Shown here piece by piece: positions 7,503 to 17,734 of a DNA stretch of 64,000 nt; the stretch's first letter is position 1; each line of letters opens with the position of its first letter. Below the pieces are notes generated by a model. It made no database searches. It worked only from the letters and a program-made list of their open reading frames with translations, and was not told where the DNA came from. Position numbers and translations under genes: made by a program. Origin of the DNA: Thermoplasmata archaeon (GTDB lineage: Archaea; Thermoplasmatota; Thermoplasmata; Halarchaeoplasmatales; Halarchaeoplasmataceae). The stretch is taken from contig JBKHFH010000002.1 in the NCBI GenBank assembly GCA_046540335.1, positions 5,287 through 69,286 of the forward strand, in the 5' to 3' direction.

Positions 7503-8716
7503 TAATCGAGCCGGTAAAGAGCGCGTCTGGAGAATTAAACGCACCTCCTTCGAAAAGTTATACCCATCGTGTCCTTTTCCTGGGACTCCTTACCGACGGA
7601 GTAACTACCTTCGAGAACCCTCTGAAGTGTGATGACACCAGATATACTCTTGAAGTGGTCAGAGAGTTCGGAGCTGAATGCGACTGGGAAAGGATAAAAA
7701 GCGACGGAGAGGTAGACAAAGCGGAGATATATGCGGGAGAATCCGGAACGACAGCCAGGATCGCACTCGGTATAGCCTCGTTGGCGGGAAAAAGATGCAT
7801 CATCGATGGAGATGAAGGACTGAGAAAGAGGCCTATGACACCTCTTCTAGACGCTCTCGACCAGCTTAACGTAAAAATTCGCTCCAAAAACGGTAAACTT
7901 CCCGTTGAGATAGAGGGACCTCCTTCGGGAGATAAAGTGGAGATAAGTGGGGAAGTGTCCTCTCAGTTCATCACTGCGCTCATGTACGTGGGAAGTCAAA
8001 TAGGTTTAGATATCGAAGTCACCGATAAACTGGTTTCGGAACCTTACATAGATATGACCATAGAAGTATTGGAGCGATCGGGCGTGAAAGTGGAAAGAGA
8101 TGATGATATATTTCACGTTGAAGGGAAAACGGAGCCGGCACATTTTTCGATACCGGGAGATTATTCTTCCGCAGCTTTTTTCCTCGCCGCAGGTGCATTG
8201 TTCGGAGATATCACGATGAAAAAACTGCTGGAGAACAGCGTTCAAGCCGACAGCAGGATCATTGATATACTTCAAAGGTTCTGCGCGGACGTGACTGCAA
8301 AAGAAGATCAGATCCAAGTGGTTAAAAACGAGTTACGGGGTATAGAGTGTGACTGCAGCGATTTCCCCGACCTGTTCCCCATCCTAGCGGTATTAGGAGT
8401 TCATTCCGAAGGTGAAACCCTTCTCACCGGGGAACAACTTCGATACAAGGAAAGCGATAGGATAGAAAATATGACAGAGAATCTTAAAAAGATGGGCGCG
8501 GATATAGAGGAATTTGAGGACGGTATCAAAGTGAAAAGAAGCGCATTGAAAGGTACCAATTTAGATCCAAGAGGGGACCACAGGATAGCGATGGCTTTGA
8601 CTATCGCCGCCTTGGGTGCTGAGGGAAAGAGTGAGATCGTCGGGTCGGACTGCGTCAGTAAATCTTATCCTAATTTTTATGAAGATCTGGAAAAGGTGAT
8701 AAATCATGGAAGGTAA
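7499..8716 (+). CDS. aroA: EPSP synthase
   Basis: PPSKSYTHR, GESGTTAR, SSQF, KESDR, DHRIAM, SKSYP motifs. Confidence 0.95.
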   Translation: MIIEPVKSASGELNAPPSKSYTHRVLFLGLLTDGVTTFENPLKCDDTRYTLEVVREFGAECDWERIKSDGEVDKAEIYAGESGTTARIALGIASLAGKRCIIDGDEGLRKRPMTPLLDALDQLNVKIRSKNGKLPVEIEGPPSGDKVEISGEVSSQFITALMYVGSQIGLDIEVTDKLVSEPYIDMTIEVLERSGVKVERDDDIFHVEGKTEPAHFSIPGDYSSAAFFLAAGALFGDITMKKLLENSVQADSRIIDILQRFCADVTAKEDQIQVVKNELRGIECDCSDFPDLFPILAVLGVHSEGETLLTGEQLRYKESDRIENMTENLKKMGADIEEFEDGIKVKRSALKGTNLDPRGDHRIAMALTIAALGAEGKSEIVGSDCVSKSYPNFYEDLEKVINHGR

Positions 8717-9788
8717 AGAACTGAAGTTTTCATTGTTTGGAGAGAGCCACGGCAAAGTTGTTGGCGTCTTGATCGAGGGCTGCCCCCCCGGAATAGAAGT
8801 TGAAAAAGAAGAGATGAAGATCGATCTTGAAAGGAGAAAAGGTCTTTCAAAATTCTCTACAGATCGAGAAGAAAAGGACGAACCGGAGATATTATCGGGT
8901 ATTTTCGACGGTCACACAACAGGAGCTCCAATAGCAGCGGTAGTAAAAAATAAGGACGTAGATTCCTCCTTTTATGAAAAGATAAAAGATAAGCTCAGGC
9001 CCGGACATAGCGACCTTACGGCTAAAGAGAAATTTTATGGGTACAACGATTACAGAGGAGGTGGAGTCTTCTCGGGCAGGTTGGCGGTAGGAACTGTCAT
9101 CGCAGGATACTTCGCAAAAAAGATCCTCTCTTGTATAGATTTGGAGATCAAAGCTTTCGTCAGATCGATCGGCAGCGTGAGATGTGAAGATCGTGAACTA
9201 GAAGATGTTTTTAGAGATGGATATGATTTTTGTCCCGATAGTGACGTCTGGCAAGATATGAAGAGGTTGATGGATGAAACTCAGGAAGAGGGCGACAGTA
9301 TCGGTGGAACTGTTGAAGTCGTCGCGAAAAACGTAGTGAAAGGATTGGGTGGTCCCTTCGATGAAGACCTTGCCGCGGATCTATCCAAAAATTTCTTCTC
9401 CATACCCGCTGTGAAAGGAGTCGAGTTCGGTTCCGGCTTCGAAATCAGCAAGATGAAAGGAAAGGAGGCGAACGACGAGTTCTATTTAGAAAAAGGCGAA
9501 GTGAAAACCAGATCCAATCACTGCGGCGGCATATTAGGCGGAATAAGCGACGGTATGCCTATCGTCGCGCGGATCGCATTCAAACCCACGCCCTCGATAT
9601 TCAAAGAGCAAGACACGGTAGATCTAAAAGAGAGGAAAGAGACGAGTCTAAAATTGGAGGGGAGGTTCGATTCCTGCATAGTTCCTAAAACGCTCCCCAT
9701 CGTCGAAGCCAGGATGGCTTTGGTGCTAGCAGATCACTTTTTGAGGTGGTGTAGTTGGAAAGAATTCATGAGCTTAGAGAAAGGATAG
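8706..9788 (+). CDS. aroC: Chorismate synthase
   Basis: GESHG, RPGHSD, GGILGGISDG, FKPTPSI motifs. Confidence 0.95.
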   Translation: MEGKELKFSLFGESHGKVVGVLIEGCPPGIEVEKEEMKIDLERRKGLSKFSTDREEKDEPEILSGIFDGHTTGAPIAAVVKNKDVDSSFYEKIKDKLRPGHSDLTAKEKFYGYNDYRGGGVFSGRLAVGTVIAGYFAKKILSCIDLEIKAFVRSIGSVRCEDRELEDVFRDGYDFCPDSDVWQDMKRLMDETQEEGDSIGGTVEVVAKNVVKGLGGPFDEDLAADLSKNFFSIPAVKGVEFGSGFEISKMKGKEANDEFYLEKGEVKTRSNHCGGILGGISDGMPIVARIAFKPTPSIFKEQDTVDLKERKETSLKLEGRFDSCIVPKTLPIVEARMALVLADHFLRWCSWKEFMSLEKG

Positions 9789-9979
9789 ATGAAATCGACG
9801 AAGAGATATTAGAGCTTCTCGACAAGAGAGCTAAGGTAGCGAAAGAGATAGGCGAGATCAAAAGAGAAAAAGGTATATCGATAACCGATAATGAGAGAGA
9901 AAAAGAGATCTTGAAGCGAACGGGAAGATACAGAGAGGTCTTCGAAGAGATAATAAGTGCTTGCAAGGAAGTGGAGTGA
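9755..9979 (+). CDS. Chorismate mutase (AroQ type)
   Basis: LRERIDEIDEEILELLDKR..IGEIK..RE pattern; TTG start after GAGGTGG RBS. Confidence 0.88.
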   Translation: MERIHELRERIDEIDEEILELLDKRAKVAKEIGEIKREKGISITDNEREKEILKRTGRYREVFEEIISACKEVE

Positions 9980-9983
9980 AGGG

Positions 9984-10793
9984 ATGAAAATAGAAAAGAT
10001 AGGGATCATCGGATACGGGAAGATGGGAAGATCACTCGCACATCAGTTCAGCGATCAATACAAAATCGGTATCTATTCTAAAGGCGATTTTGAGACGGAG
10101 TTCGAGGTCTTCGACTCCCTTGAATCCTTATGCAGCTCTTCAGATTGTTTGGTCATAACGATCCCAAGCGAAGAGGTCAAGAGTATATTGGATAAGCTTT
10201 CCTTGATGGAGATCAGCGAGGATAAGATGATCTTTGATATATCTACATTCAAGAAAGATATCATCGATGGATACAAGAGCCTTCCCGAGCATCTCACGGT
10301 CGCGAGCGCGCATCCGATGTTCGGTGAAGGAGTCGATACTCTGAAAGATGAAAATGTGATAGTCGTGCCCGTAGAGAGAAAAGAGCAGGGATTGGATCGA
10401 GTAAAAAGATTTTTCGAAAGATTCGGGGCGGATGTTTCCGAAATGAGTCCAGATAAACACGATGAACTCATGAAAGTCCTTATAGGTGTTCCTTACTTTT
10501 TTGGTCTCTCATATCTGAGCCTGATATCCGAGTTCGAAGAGATAGAAAGATATGGAGGACCTTCGTTCGAGTTCCTTTCAACATACGGCAAGGCGGTCCT
10601 TAACGATTCACCAGAATTCATAGAGGAGGTTATAGATCGATCGACGGATTTTATTGAAAAAATTTTTGATGATCCAGAAATCGAGGGTGAGGAACTGAAC
10701 AGTTTGCAAAAAAAATATAGGAAGGATATCGAGAGGAGTTATTCAAAACTATATGAGTTAAAAGAAAAAGATCGATCTGAGACAGGAGGATGA
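9984..10793 (+). CDS. tyrA: Prephenate/arogenate dehydrogenase
   Basis: IIGYGKMG Rossmann motif, DISTFK, HPMFG, HDELM. Confidence 0.9.
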   Translation: MKIEKIGIIGYGKMGRSLAHQFSDQYKIGIYSKGDFETEFEVFDSLESLCSSSDCLVITIPSEEVKSILDKLSLMEISEDKMIFDISTFKKDIIDGYKSLPEHLTVASAHPMFGEGVDTLKDENVIVVPVERKEQGLDRVKRFFERFGADVSEMSPDKHDELMKVLIGVPYFFGLSYLSLISEFEEIERYGGPSFEFLSTYGKAVLNDSPEFIEEVIDRSTDFIEKIFDDPEIEGEELNSLQKKYRKDIERSYSKLYELKEKDRSETGG

Positions 10794-11015
10794 ATTGAAA
10801 AAGAAAAAAGAGGGGGAAAAAAATGAGGTACTATCTTGTCAAGAAAGATCGGACCGTAAGTGGCCCGTGATAGTCTCTAAAAAAATCTCAAAAAAGATAT
10901 TAAGGAGTTATATCATGTGATCGATGTATAGATCACAGTGAGAAGGGAGAAAAAACCTAGAAAATTTCAGATTTTTTGATCTGGATATATGATTTCGTCG
11001 GTTTAGGTGTTCGAT

Positions 11016-11723
11016 ATGTGTGACATATCTCTCAATATAAACTTAGATATCAAAGAAAAACCCTGTCTTCTCGTAGGGGGTGGAAAGGTCGCCGAGAGGA
11101 AGGCTAAAATGCTAATCGTGTCTGGAGCGGATCTAGAGATCGTCAGTCCTCAAGTGACCGATGGTCTCGGTGATCTTATCGATGAAGAAGATATCTTTTA
11201 TCGAGAAAAAGATTTTGAAAGATCGGACGTTGATGGGAAATATCTGGTTATAGCTGCCACTTCCGATCGTAAGTTGAATAAGAAAGTCTCTGAAGCCGCA
11301 AAAAGTAGAGATATACCTGTTAACGTCGTGGATGATAAAGACCTGTCGGATTTCACTTTCACCGCAACCCTCCTAAGCGGGAACCTGAAGATCGCTGTGA
11401 GCACATCCGGTAAGAGTCCAGCACTCTCAGCTTCAGTCAAAGAAAGATTGAAAGGACATTTCGGGCCGGCTTACGAAAAGTATTTGGATGTTCTTGCTGA
11501 ATTGAGACCGAAGATTATAGATAGATATTCTCCTGAAAGAAGGAGGGAGATATTATTGAACTTGGGAGATCGTACGGTCGAGAGAGCTCTGTATGATGGC
11601 GACCTAAAAGGCGCGTTAGAAAAAGCATCGGGATCTTTACCGAAAGATCTGCAAGAAATATTTATTAAGATTATCAAAGATAAAGGAGTTGAGGTAGATG
11701 GACGATTTGATCATAGGGACTAG
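11016..11723 (+). CDS. Precorrin-2 dehydrogenase / sirohydrochlorin ferrochelatase (Met8p/SirC, CysG N-terminal type)
   Basis: VGGGKVAERK, VNVVD, IAVSTSGKSPALS motifs. Confidence 0.9.
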   Translation: MCDISLNINLDIKEKPCLLVGGGKVAERKAKMLIVSGADLEIVSPQVTDGLGDLIDEEDIFYREKDFERSDVDGKYLVIAATSDRKLNKKVSEAAKSRDIPVNVVDDKDLSDFTFTATLLSGNLKIAVSTSGKSPALSASVKERLKGHFGPAYEKYLDVLAELRPKIIDRYSPERRREILLNLGDRTVERALYDGDLKGALEKASGSLPKDLQEIFIKIIKDKGVEVDGRFDHRD

Positions 11724-12606
11724 AAAGAGCGAATTGGCAGTATATCAGGCTGAGAGGGTAGCGGATATCATCCTCCGGTCCGATGTTGAGGTGGATACCG
11801 AGATAAGAAGGATCAAGACCAAAGGGGACAAAATACTCGATAAACCGCTCTCTGAGATAGGAGGTAAAGGGGTATTTCTGAAAGAGATAGAGAAGTATCT
11901 TCTCGAAGGGGAGATAGATCTAGCCGTTCACAGTCTGAAGGATGTTCCCACCGAACTTCCAGAGGGTCTTAACATAGGTGCTTTTTTGGATGCTGAAGAT
12001 CCCAGGGATTGTCTCGTGTCTATCGACCATCAAAAGATCAGCGATCTGCCTTCAGGGTCTCGGATAGGCACGGGAAGTTTACGCCGGAAATGTCAGTTGT
12101 TGAGAAAACGACCAGATCTTGAAGTGGTGCCGGTCCGCGGTAATGTCAAGACCCGCTTGGAGAAACTCGAGAATGAAGATTACGACGCCTTGGTTCTTGC
12201 CGCTGCGGGTTTAAAAAGACTAGATCTCGAAGACAAGATCAGTCAGTACTTCTCTCCTCACGATTTTCTACCGGCTCCTGGACAGGGTGTTTTGGCTGTA
12301 GAGATAAAAGAAGATCCCGAATTGAAGGATCTCTTGATGGAGTTGGAGGAAGCCGAACTCAGGGATAAAATGACGGCTGAAAGGACCCTTTTGGAGAAGC
12401 TCGGCGGCGACTGCCACGTTCCGGTAGGCTGCCGTACAGAGCTCGTAAACGACCATTTGGTCTTGACAGCGTTGGTAGGCTCTCCAGATGGGCTAGAATA
12501 TATCGAGTTGAGGGAAAAAGGCGAACTGGACAGACCTTCAGAGCTTGGGGAGATAACGGCTGAAAGATTGTTAGACGCAGGTGCTGATAGGTTTTTGGAG
12601 GGATGA
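11698..12606 (+). CDS. hemC: Porphobilinogen deaminase
   Basis: GTRKSELA, GGKGVF, VHSLKD, GTGSLRR, GGDCHVP motifs. Confidence 0.96.
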   Translation: MDDLIIGTRKSELAVYQAERVADIILRSDVEVDTEIRRIKTKGDKILDKPLSEIGGKGVFLKEIEKYLLEGEIDLAVHSLKDVPTELPEGLNIGAFLDAEDPRDCLVSIDHQKISDLPSGSRIGTGSLRRKCQLLRKRPDLEVVPVRGNVKTRLEKLENEDYDALVLAAAGLKRLDLEDKISQYFSPHDFLPAPGQGVLAVEIKEDPELKDLLMELEEAELRDKMTAERTLLEKLGGDCHVPVGCRTELVNDHLVLTALVGSPDGLEYIELREKGELDRPSELGEITAERLLDAGADRFLEG

Positions 12607-12610
12607 AAAT

Positions 12611-14116
12611 TTGGGAAAAGTATATCTGGTAGGTGCTGGACCAGGTGATCCAAGATTGTTGACGGTCAACGGAAAGAGGCTGTTGGAAGAGGCCGATGTT
12701 GTTATCTACGACAGATTGATCGAGAATTCGCTTTTGAATCATCTACCAGAAAGATGTGAAACGATATATGCGGGAAAAAGACCCGGAAAGCATAGACTTA
12801 CACAGGATGAGATAAACGAGAAATTGGTGGAAAAAGCTAGAGAAGGGAAAAAAGTTGTAAGGCTGAAAGGCGGTGATCCGTTCCTTCTGGGCCGAGGAGG
12901 TGAAGAAGCCCGATATCTGCGAAAACACGATATCAGTTTTGAGATCGTACCGGGTATCACTTCAGCTTTAGGGGTCCCGGCCTATGCTGGTATCCCGGCC
13001 ACCTCACGAGATGTTTCTTCTTCCGCAGCGATCATAACGGGACATGAGGACCCTGATAAAAAAGAGAGCAGTCACGATTGGCGATCGCTGGCAAAAGGTC
13101 CTGATACCTTGATATTTTTGATGGGTGTTAAGAACCTCCCCAGGATCCAGAAGAAGCTTTTGGAAAATGGAAGACCGGAGGACACTCCCGCCGCCGTCAT
13201 AGAAAGGGGAACGATGCCAGAACAGAAGACTCTGTATTCAACTTTAGATGAGATCTCACAAGAAGCCGAGGAGTACAACATATCTCCCCCGGCCGTGATT
13301 GTTGTAGGAGAAGTTGTAGGAAAAAGGGTAGAATGGCGTTCAGAGATGCCCCTTGCGGGTTTGAGGGTATTGAACACTCGTCCCAAAAAACAGGCTAGAG
13401 ATCTTACCGAAAGGTTGGAGGCGAAAGGTGCCGTTGTCCGGGAGGTACCCGCTATCAAGATCGCACCTCCAGAGGACAGTTCTGAACTTGACGAAGCCAT
13501 CGAAAGGGTCGGAACTTACGATTGGATAGTCTTCACCAGCACGAATGGTGTAGATCACTTCTTTAAAAGGATGGATGAGTTGGATCGTGATATCAGATCT
13601 CTTGAAGGTATAAATCTAGCGGCTATAGGGGAAAAAACGGCCCTGAAACTTGAAGATAAAGGTCTTAGAGTCGATCACGTTCCTAGTAAGTTTAGAGCGG
13701 AAGAATTATTGTCCGGTTTGAAGAAAAAGATGGATGGTGAAAGAAGTATATTATTACCTAGAACGCCGAAAGCTAGGGATCTACTCCCAGACGGATTGCA
13801 AAGATCGGGACATGATGTTGACGAGGTGGAAACTTATAGGACTCTGCGGACATCTCTTCCCGAGGACGTAGAAAAAGATCTAAAGGATGGTCTCTATAAC
13901 ATGATAACTTTCACGAGTTCATCCACAGTCGAAAATTTTCTGAAGATGATAGACGATGAACGACTTTTGGAAAATATGATCGTGGCGGCGATAGGTCCCG
14001 TGACTGCAGAGACCGCTAGAAAGAACGGTCTTGAGGTAGATATCATAGCGTCTGAATACGATATAGAAGGACTTTACGAAGCGATAATGAAATATGTGGG
14101 TGAGGGCAGATGTTAA
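12611..14116 (+). CDS. cobA: Fused uroporphyrinogen-III C-methyltransferase / uroporphyrinogen-III synthase (CobA-HemD)
   Basis: VGAGPGD, RLKGGDP, VPGITSA, then HemD-like FTSTNGV and FTSSSTV; probable TTG start. Confidence 0.93.
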   Translation: MGKVYLVGAGPGDPRLLTVNGKRLLEEADVVIYDRLIENSLLNHLPERCETIYAGKRPGKHRLTQDEINEKLVEKAREGKKVVRLKGGDPFLLGRGGEEARYLRKHDISFEIVPGITSALGVPAYAGIPATSRDVSSSAAIITGHEDPDKKESSHDWRSLAKGPDTLIFLMGVKNLPRIQKKLLENGRPEDTPAAVIERGTMPEQKTLYSTLDEISQEAEEYNISPPAVIVVGEVVGKRVEWRSEMPLAGLRVLNTRPKKQARDLTERLEAKGAVVREVPAIKIAPPEDSSELDEAIERVGTYDWIVFTSTNGVDHFFKRMDELDRDIRSLEGINLAAIGEKTALKLEDKGLRVDHVPSKFRAEELLSGLKKKMDGERSILLPRTPKARDLLPDGLQRSGHDVDEVETYRTLRTSLPEDVEKDLKDGLYNMITFTSSSTVENFLKMIDDERLLENMIVAAIGPVTAETARKNGLEVDIIASEYDIEGLYEAIMKYVGEGRC

Positions 14117-15294
14117 ACCTATCTAAATTGCTGATAGAGTCGAACCATTACGGAGACAAGTTACGCTACAGCAAACACAGTAAAGGAGCTAAAAAAGGAA
14201 CTAGAGACGATATGGGGCCTGTAGTTGTATGGAACTGTACCAGAGCCTGTAACTTATCCTGCAAACACTGCTACGCGAGCGCAAACAGTTCTAAAGCCGA
14301 GGATGAACTCTCCACCGAGGAAGCGAAAGAGTTCATAGAGGATCTCGCGGATTATAACGTTCCAGTTCTCTTGTTTTCTGGCGGAGAGCCTTTGATGAGA
14401 GAAGATCTCGATGAACTGATAGGATACGCTATCGATAACGGATTGAGGGTCACGATCTCTACCAACGGTACTTTGATATCGGAGGAGAGAGCCAAAAAGT
14501 TCGAAGAGTTAGGCGTGAGTTATGTCGGTATAAGTTTGGACGGTCTAGAGGAGACAAATGACCGTTTTAGAGGCAGCGAAGAAGCTTTTGAGAGAGCACT
14601 GCAAGGGATAAGGAATTGTCAGAAAATAGATCAAAAAGTTGGTTTACGATTCACCATGACGGACTACAATAGAGATGAGATACCTGATATATTCGATCTA
14701 GTAAAAGAGGAAGATATCTCAAGACTCTGCTTCTATCATCTCGTACATAAAGGTAGAGGAGAGGAATTGAACGACGCCGCACTGACCGCTCAGGAAAATA
14801 GACATGTTATGGAATACATATTTGATAGAACCGAAGATCTCCTGTCTAAAGAAGATGATAGGGAGATACTAACCGTAGGAAATCACGTCGACGGTATATT
14901 CCTTTATCTAAAGATGCTTAAGGAGAACGACGAGAGAGCCGATAAGGTTCTTCGGTTCCTTGAGAACAACGGTGGTAACCGTTCTGGTATCGCGATAGCG
15001 TGTGTAGATTGGTCCGGTGATGTTCACCCGGATCAGTTCACCATGGAGTATTCTGTAGGTAATGTAAGGGAAAGAAGTTTTGGCGATATCTGGGACGATG
15101 AAGATGGTCTGCTTGGAAAGTTCAGAGAAAGAGAGTCACGCGTTAAAGGTAACTGTTCTGGATGCGATTGGTTCGATGTGTGCAACGGAAACTTCAGAGC
15201 TAGAGCTGAAGCTTCTTCTGGCGATCTTTGGGCTGAAGATCCAGGATGTTATCTTACTCTTGAAGAATTGGATAGACCCGATGGAGGGAAATGA
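14110..15294 (+). CDS. ahbC: Radical SAM Fe-coproporphyrin III synthase (NirJ1 type)
   Basis: PVVVWNCTRACNLSCKHC, LLFSGGEP, C-terminal SPASM-type cysteines; operon context. Confidence 0.87.
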   Translation: MLNLSKLLIESNHYGDKLRYSKHSKGAKKGTRDDMGPVVVWNCTRACNLSCKHCYASANSSKAEDELSTEEAKEFIEDLADYNVPVLLFSGGEPLMREDLDELIGYAIDNGLRVTISTNGTLISEERAKKFEELGVSYVGISLDGLEETNDRFRGSEEAFERALQGIRNCQKIDQKVGLRFTMTDYNRDEIPDIFDLVKEEDISRLCFYHLVHKGRGEELNDAALTAQENRHVMEYIFDRTEDLLSKEDDREILTVGNHVDGIFLYLKMLKENDERADKVLRFLENNGGNRSGIAIACVDWSGDVHPDQFTMEYSVGNVRERSFGDIWDDEDGLLGKFRERESRVKGNCSGCDWFDVCNGNFRARAEASSGDLWAEDPGCYLTLEELDRPDGGK

Positions 15295-15295
15295 A

Positions 15296-16258
15296 ATGTT
15301 GAAAAGACCGAGAAGATTGAGATACGATGAAAATTTGAGAGATATGGTGAAGGAAAATTCAGTCGATGTAAACGATCTTATTTATCCGATGTTCGTCAAG
15401 CAGGGCTCCGATATAAAAAAAGAGATCCCTTCGATGCCTGGGAACTATCATCTTTCTCCGGACGAAAGGTTGCTGGAAGAAGTGGAAAAAGTCGTGGAGA
15501 ACGGACTGAAAAGCGTTCTACTATTCGGTATACCAGAGGATCGGGATGAAACAGGCAGCATGTCTAGAGATGATCAGGGGCCTGTGCAGAAAGCCCTGCG
15601 ACTATTGAAAGACGAATTCCCAGATCTTTATCTTATCACCGATGTTTGCCTCTGCGCCTATACCTCTCACGGCCACTGCGGTATAGTTGAAGGAGAGAAG
15701 GTCAAGAACGATGAAACCCTTCCCTATCTTGCTGAAATGGCTCTATCCCATGTGAACAACGGAGCTGATATGGTCGCCCCCTCTGATATGATGGATGGGC
15801 GTGTGAAGGCGATAAGAGAAAAACTAGACGGAGAAGGTTATAAAGATATACCTATAATGTCCTATTCCGCGAAATATGCTTCCGCTTTCTACGGACCTTT
15901 CAGAGATGCCTGCGAGTCGAGTCCCGACTTTGGAGATCGAAGAAGCCATCAGATGGATCATCCTAACGCCCACGCCGCTGTGAGAGAAGCGTTGCTCGAC
16001 ATCGAAGAAGGAGCAGATATAATCATGGTGAAACCCGCTTTATCGTACCTTGATATCATCTACAGACTGAAAGAAGAGGTGAATGTACCTATCGCAGCTT
16101 ACAGCGTCAGCGGCGAGTATTCTCTCATCAAAAAAGGAGGCGAAGCCGGCTTGATAGATCCTGAAAGCTTGTTTTTAGAAGTGATGGATTCTATCAAAAG
16201 AGCAGGTGCGGACCTGATAATTACGTACCACGCTCTCGATCTCGCGAAGGAGCTCTGA
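15296..16258 (+). CDS. hemB: Porphobilinogen synthase
   Basis: RPRRLR, DVCLCAYTSHGHCG Zn site, APSDMMDG, MVKP motifs. Confidence 0.96.
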   Translation: MLKRPRRLRYDENLRDMVKENSVDVNDLIYPMFVKQGSDIKKEIPSMPGNYHLSPDERLLEEVEKVVENGLKSVLLFGIPEDRDETGSMSRDDQGPVQKALRLLKDEFPDLYLITDVCLCAYTSHGHCGIVEGEKVKNDETLPYLAEMALSHVNNGADMVAPSDMMDGRVKAIREKLDGEGYKDIPIMSYSAKYASAFYGPFRDACESSPDFGDRRSHQMDHPNAHAAVREALLDIEEGADIIMVKPALSYLDIIYRLKEEVNVPIAAYSVSGEYSLIKKGGEAGLIDPESLFLEVMDSIKRAGADLIITYHALDLAKEL

Positions 16259-16262
16259 AAGT

Positions 16263-17258
16263 ATGAAGATGGTATCGTGGAATCTGACCAGGAGATGTGA
16301 TCTACGATGCGAGCACTGTTATAGAGACGCGGGACCGGACGCAGGGGACGTCGATAAAGAGCTCTCCACCGAAGAAGGATTTGAGCTTCTAGACGAGCTC
16401 AAGGAAGAAGGGTTCCTCCTCGTGATAATGAGCGGCGGAGAACCTTTGATGAGAGATGATCTGGAAGAATTGGTAGAACACGCTTCCGATATCGGACTTC
16501 GTCCAGTGATAGGTACTAATGCTGTCGATGTTGACAGGGCGAGGCTTGAAAGTTTGAAAGACGCGGGTTTGAAAGGGGCCGCAGTCAGTCTAGATAGTGT
16601 AGATCCAGAGATACATGACGAATTCAGAGGCATGGAAGGCGCGTGGGAGAAGACCACTTCTGCGATAGAGAAGATGGTCGAAGTCGGGATACCGGTTCAG
16701 ATAAACACCACCATCTCAGAACTGAATTATGACGAACTCGACGATATAGTCGAATTTGCGGAAGGACTAGGAGCCCGAGCTGTCCATCCTTTCTTTTTAG
16801 TACCTACGGGAAGGGGAAAAAAGATAGAGAGTTCTTCTTTACGGGCAGATAGATATCAAAAGATGATCGAAAAGGTAATAGAAAAGATGGACGAAACCGA
16901 TCTGGAATTGAAACCCACCTGCGCTCCACAATTCATAGTTCAGGCGGAAAAGATGGACAAATCATTGCGATACAGCCGAGGATGTCTGGCCGGTGTTTCA
17001 TACTGCTGCGTGCTACCTGAAGGCGAAGTCCACGTCTGTCCTTATCTTCCCGTCAAAGCTGGAGATCTGCGCGAAGAGACTTTCAGCGATATCTGGAACG
17101 ACAGCGAAGTTTTCCAGGAATTGAGAGGGTTCAAAGATTATGAAGGAAGATGCGGAGAATGCCCCAAAATAGATATATGCGGCGGCTGCAGAGCTAGAGC
17201 CTACTACTATTCCGATGGTGATTATTTAGCCGCGGATCCTTGGTGCAAGGTGAGATGA
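16263..17258 (+). CDS. ahbD: Radical SAM heme b synthase (NirJ2 type)
   Basis: SWNLTRRCDLRCEHCYRDAG, KPTCAPQF, GCLAG, CGGCRARA motifs. Confidence 0.88.
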   Translation: MKMVSWNLTRRCDLRCEHCYRDAGPDAGDVDKELSTEEGFELLDELKEEGFLLVIMSGGEPLMRDDLEELVEHASDIGLRPVIGTNAVDVDRARLESLKDAGLKGAAVSLDSVDPEIHDEFRGMEGAWEKTTSAIEKMVEVGIPVQINTTISELNYDELDDIVEFAEGLGARAVHPFFLVPTGRGKKIESSSLRADRYQKMIEKVIEKMDETDLELKPTCAPQFIVQAEKMDKSLRYSRGCLAGVSYCCVLPEGEVHVCPYLPVKAGDLREETFSDIWNDSEVFQELRGFKDYEGRCGECPKIDICGGCRARAYYYSDGDYLAADPWCKVR

Positions 17259-17734
17259 TGCAGCGGGAGGATCTTTCTGAAGATGATAAGGTACTGTTAA
17301 CGAGAGCGCAGCGGGGACTGCCGTTGTCTCCGGCTCCGTTCGAAGATCTAGGTGAAGAGTTGAACATGGATGGAGACGAAGTGGTGGAAAGATTGAAGGA
17401 TCTGAAAGATAAAAAATTGATACGAAGGATCGGAGGCGTCTTCGATTCGAAAAAGATGGGCTGGGAGAGTACTTTATTAGCGGGAAAGATACCAGAAGAT
17501 GAGTTCTATGAGGTTGCGGAACAGGTCAATGAACATCCTGGGGTCACTCACAATTATCGAAGAGATCACGAATACAACATGTGGTTCACGCTCAGTGTGG
17601 GACCTGATGATGATCTTCAGCAAGAGATAAAGAAGTTGGAGGAAAAGACCGGTTTTGAATTTTTACAGCTGCCCAAAAAGAAGAAGTACAAACTCGGTGT
17701 TAAACTAGACCTTTCTAAGGAGGGTAAGAGATGA
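17255..17734 (+). CDS. ahbA: Siroheme decarboxylase subunit A
   Basis: AsnC-like fold; IRRIGGVFD and GVTHNYRRDHEYNMWFT motifs. Confidence 0.88.
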   Translation: MMQREDLSEDDKVLLTRAQRGLPLSPAPFEDLGEELNMDGDEVVERLKDLKDKKLIRRIGGVFDSKKMGWESTLLAGKIPEDEFYEVAEQVNEHPGVTHNYRRDHEYNMWFTLSVGPDDDLQQEIKKLEEKTGFEFLQLPKKKKYKLGVKLDLSKEGKR

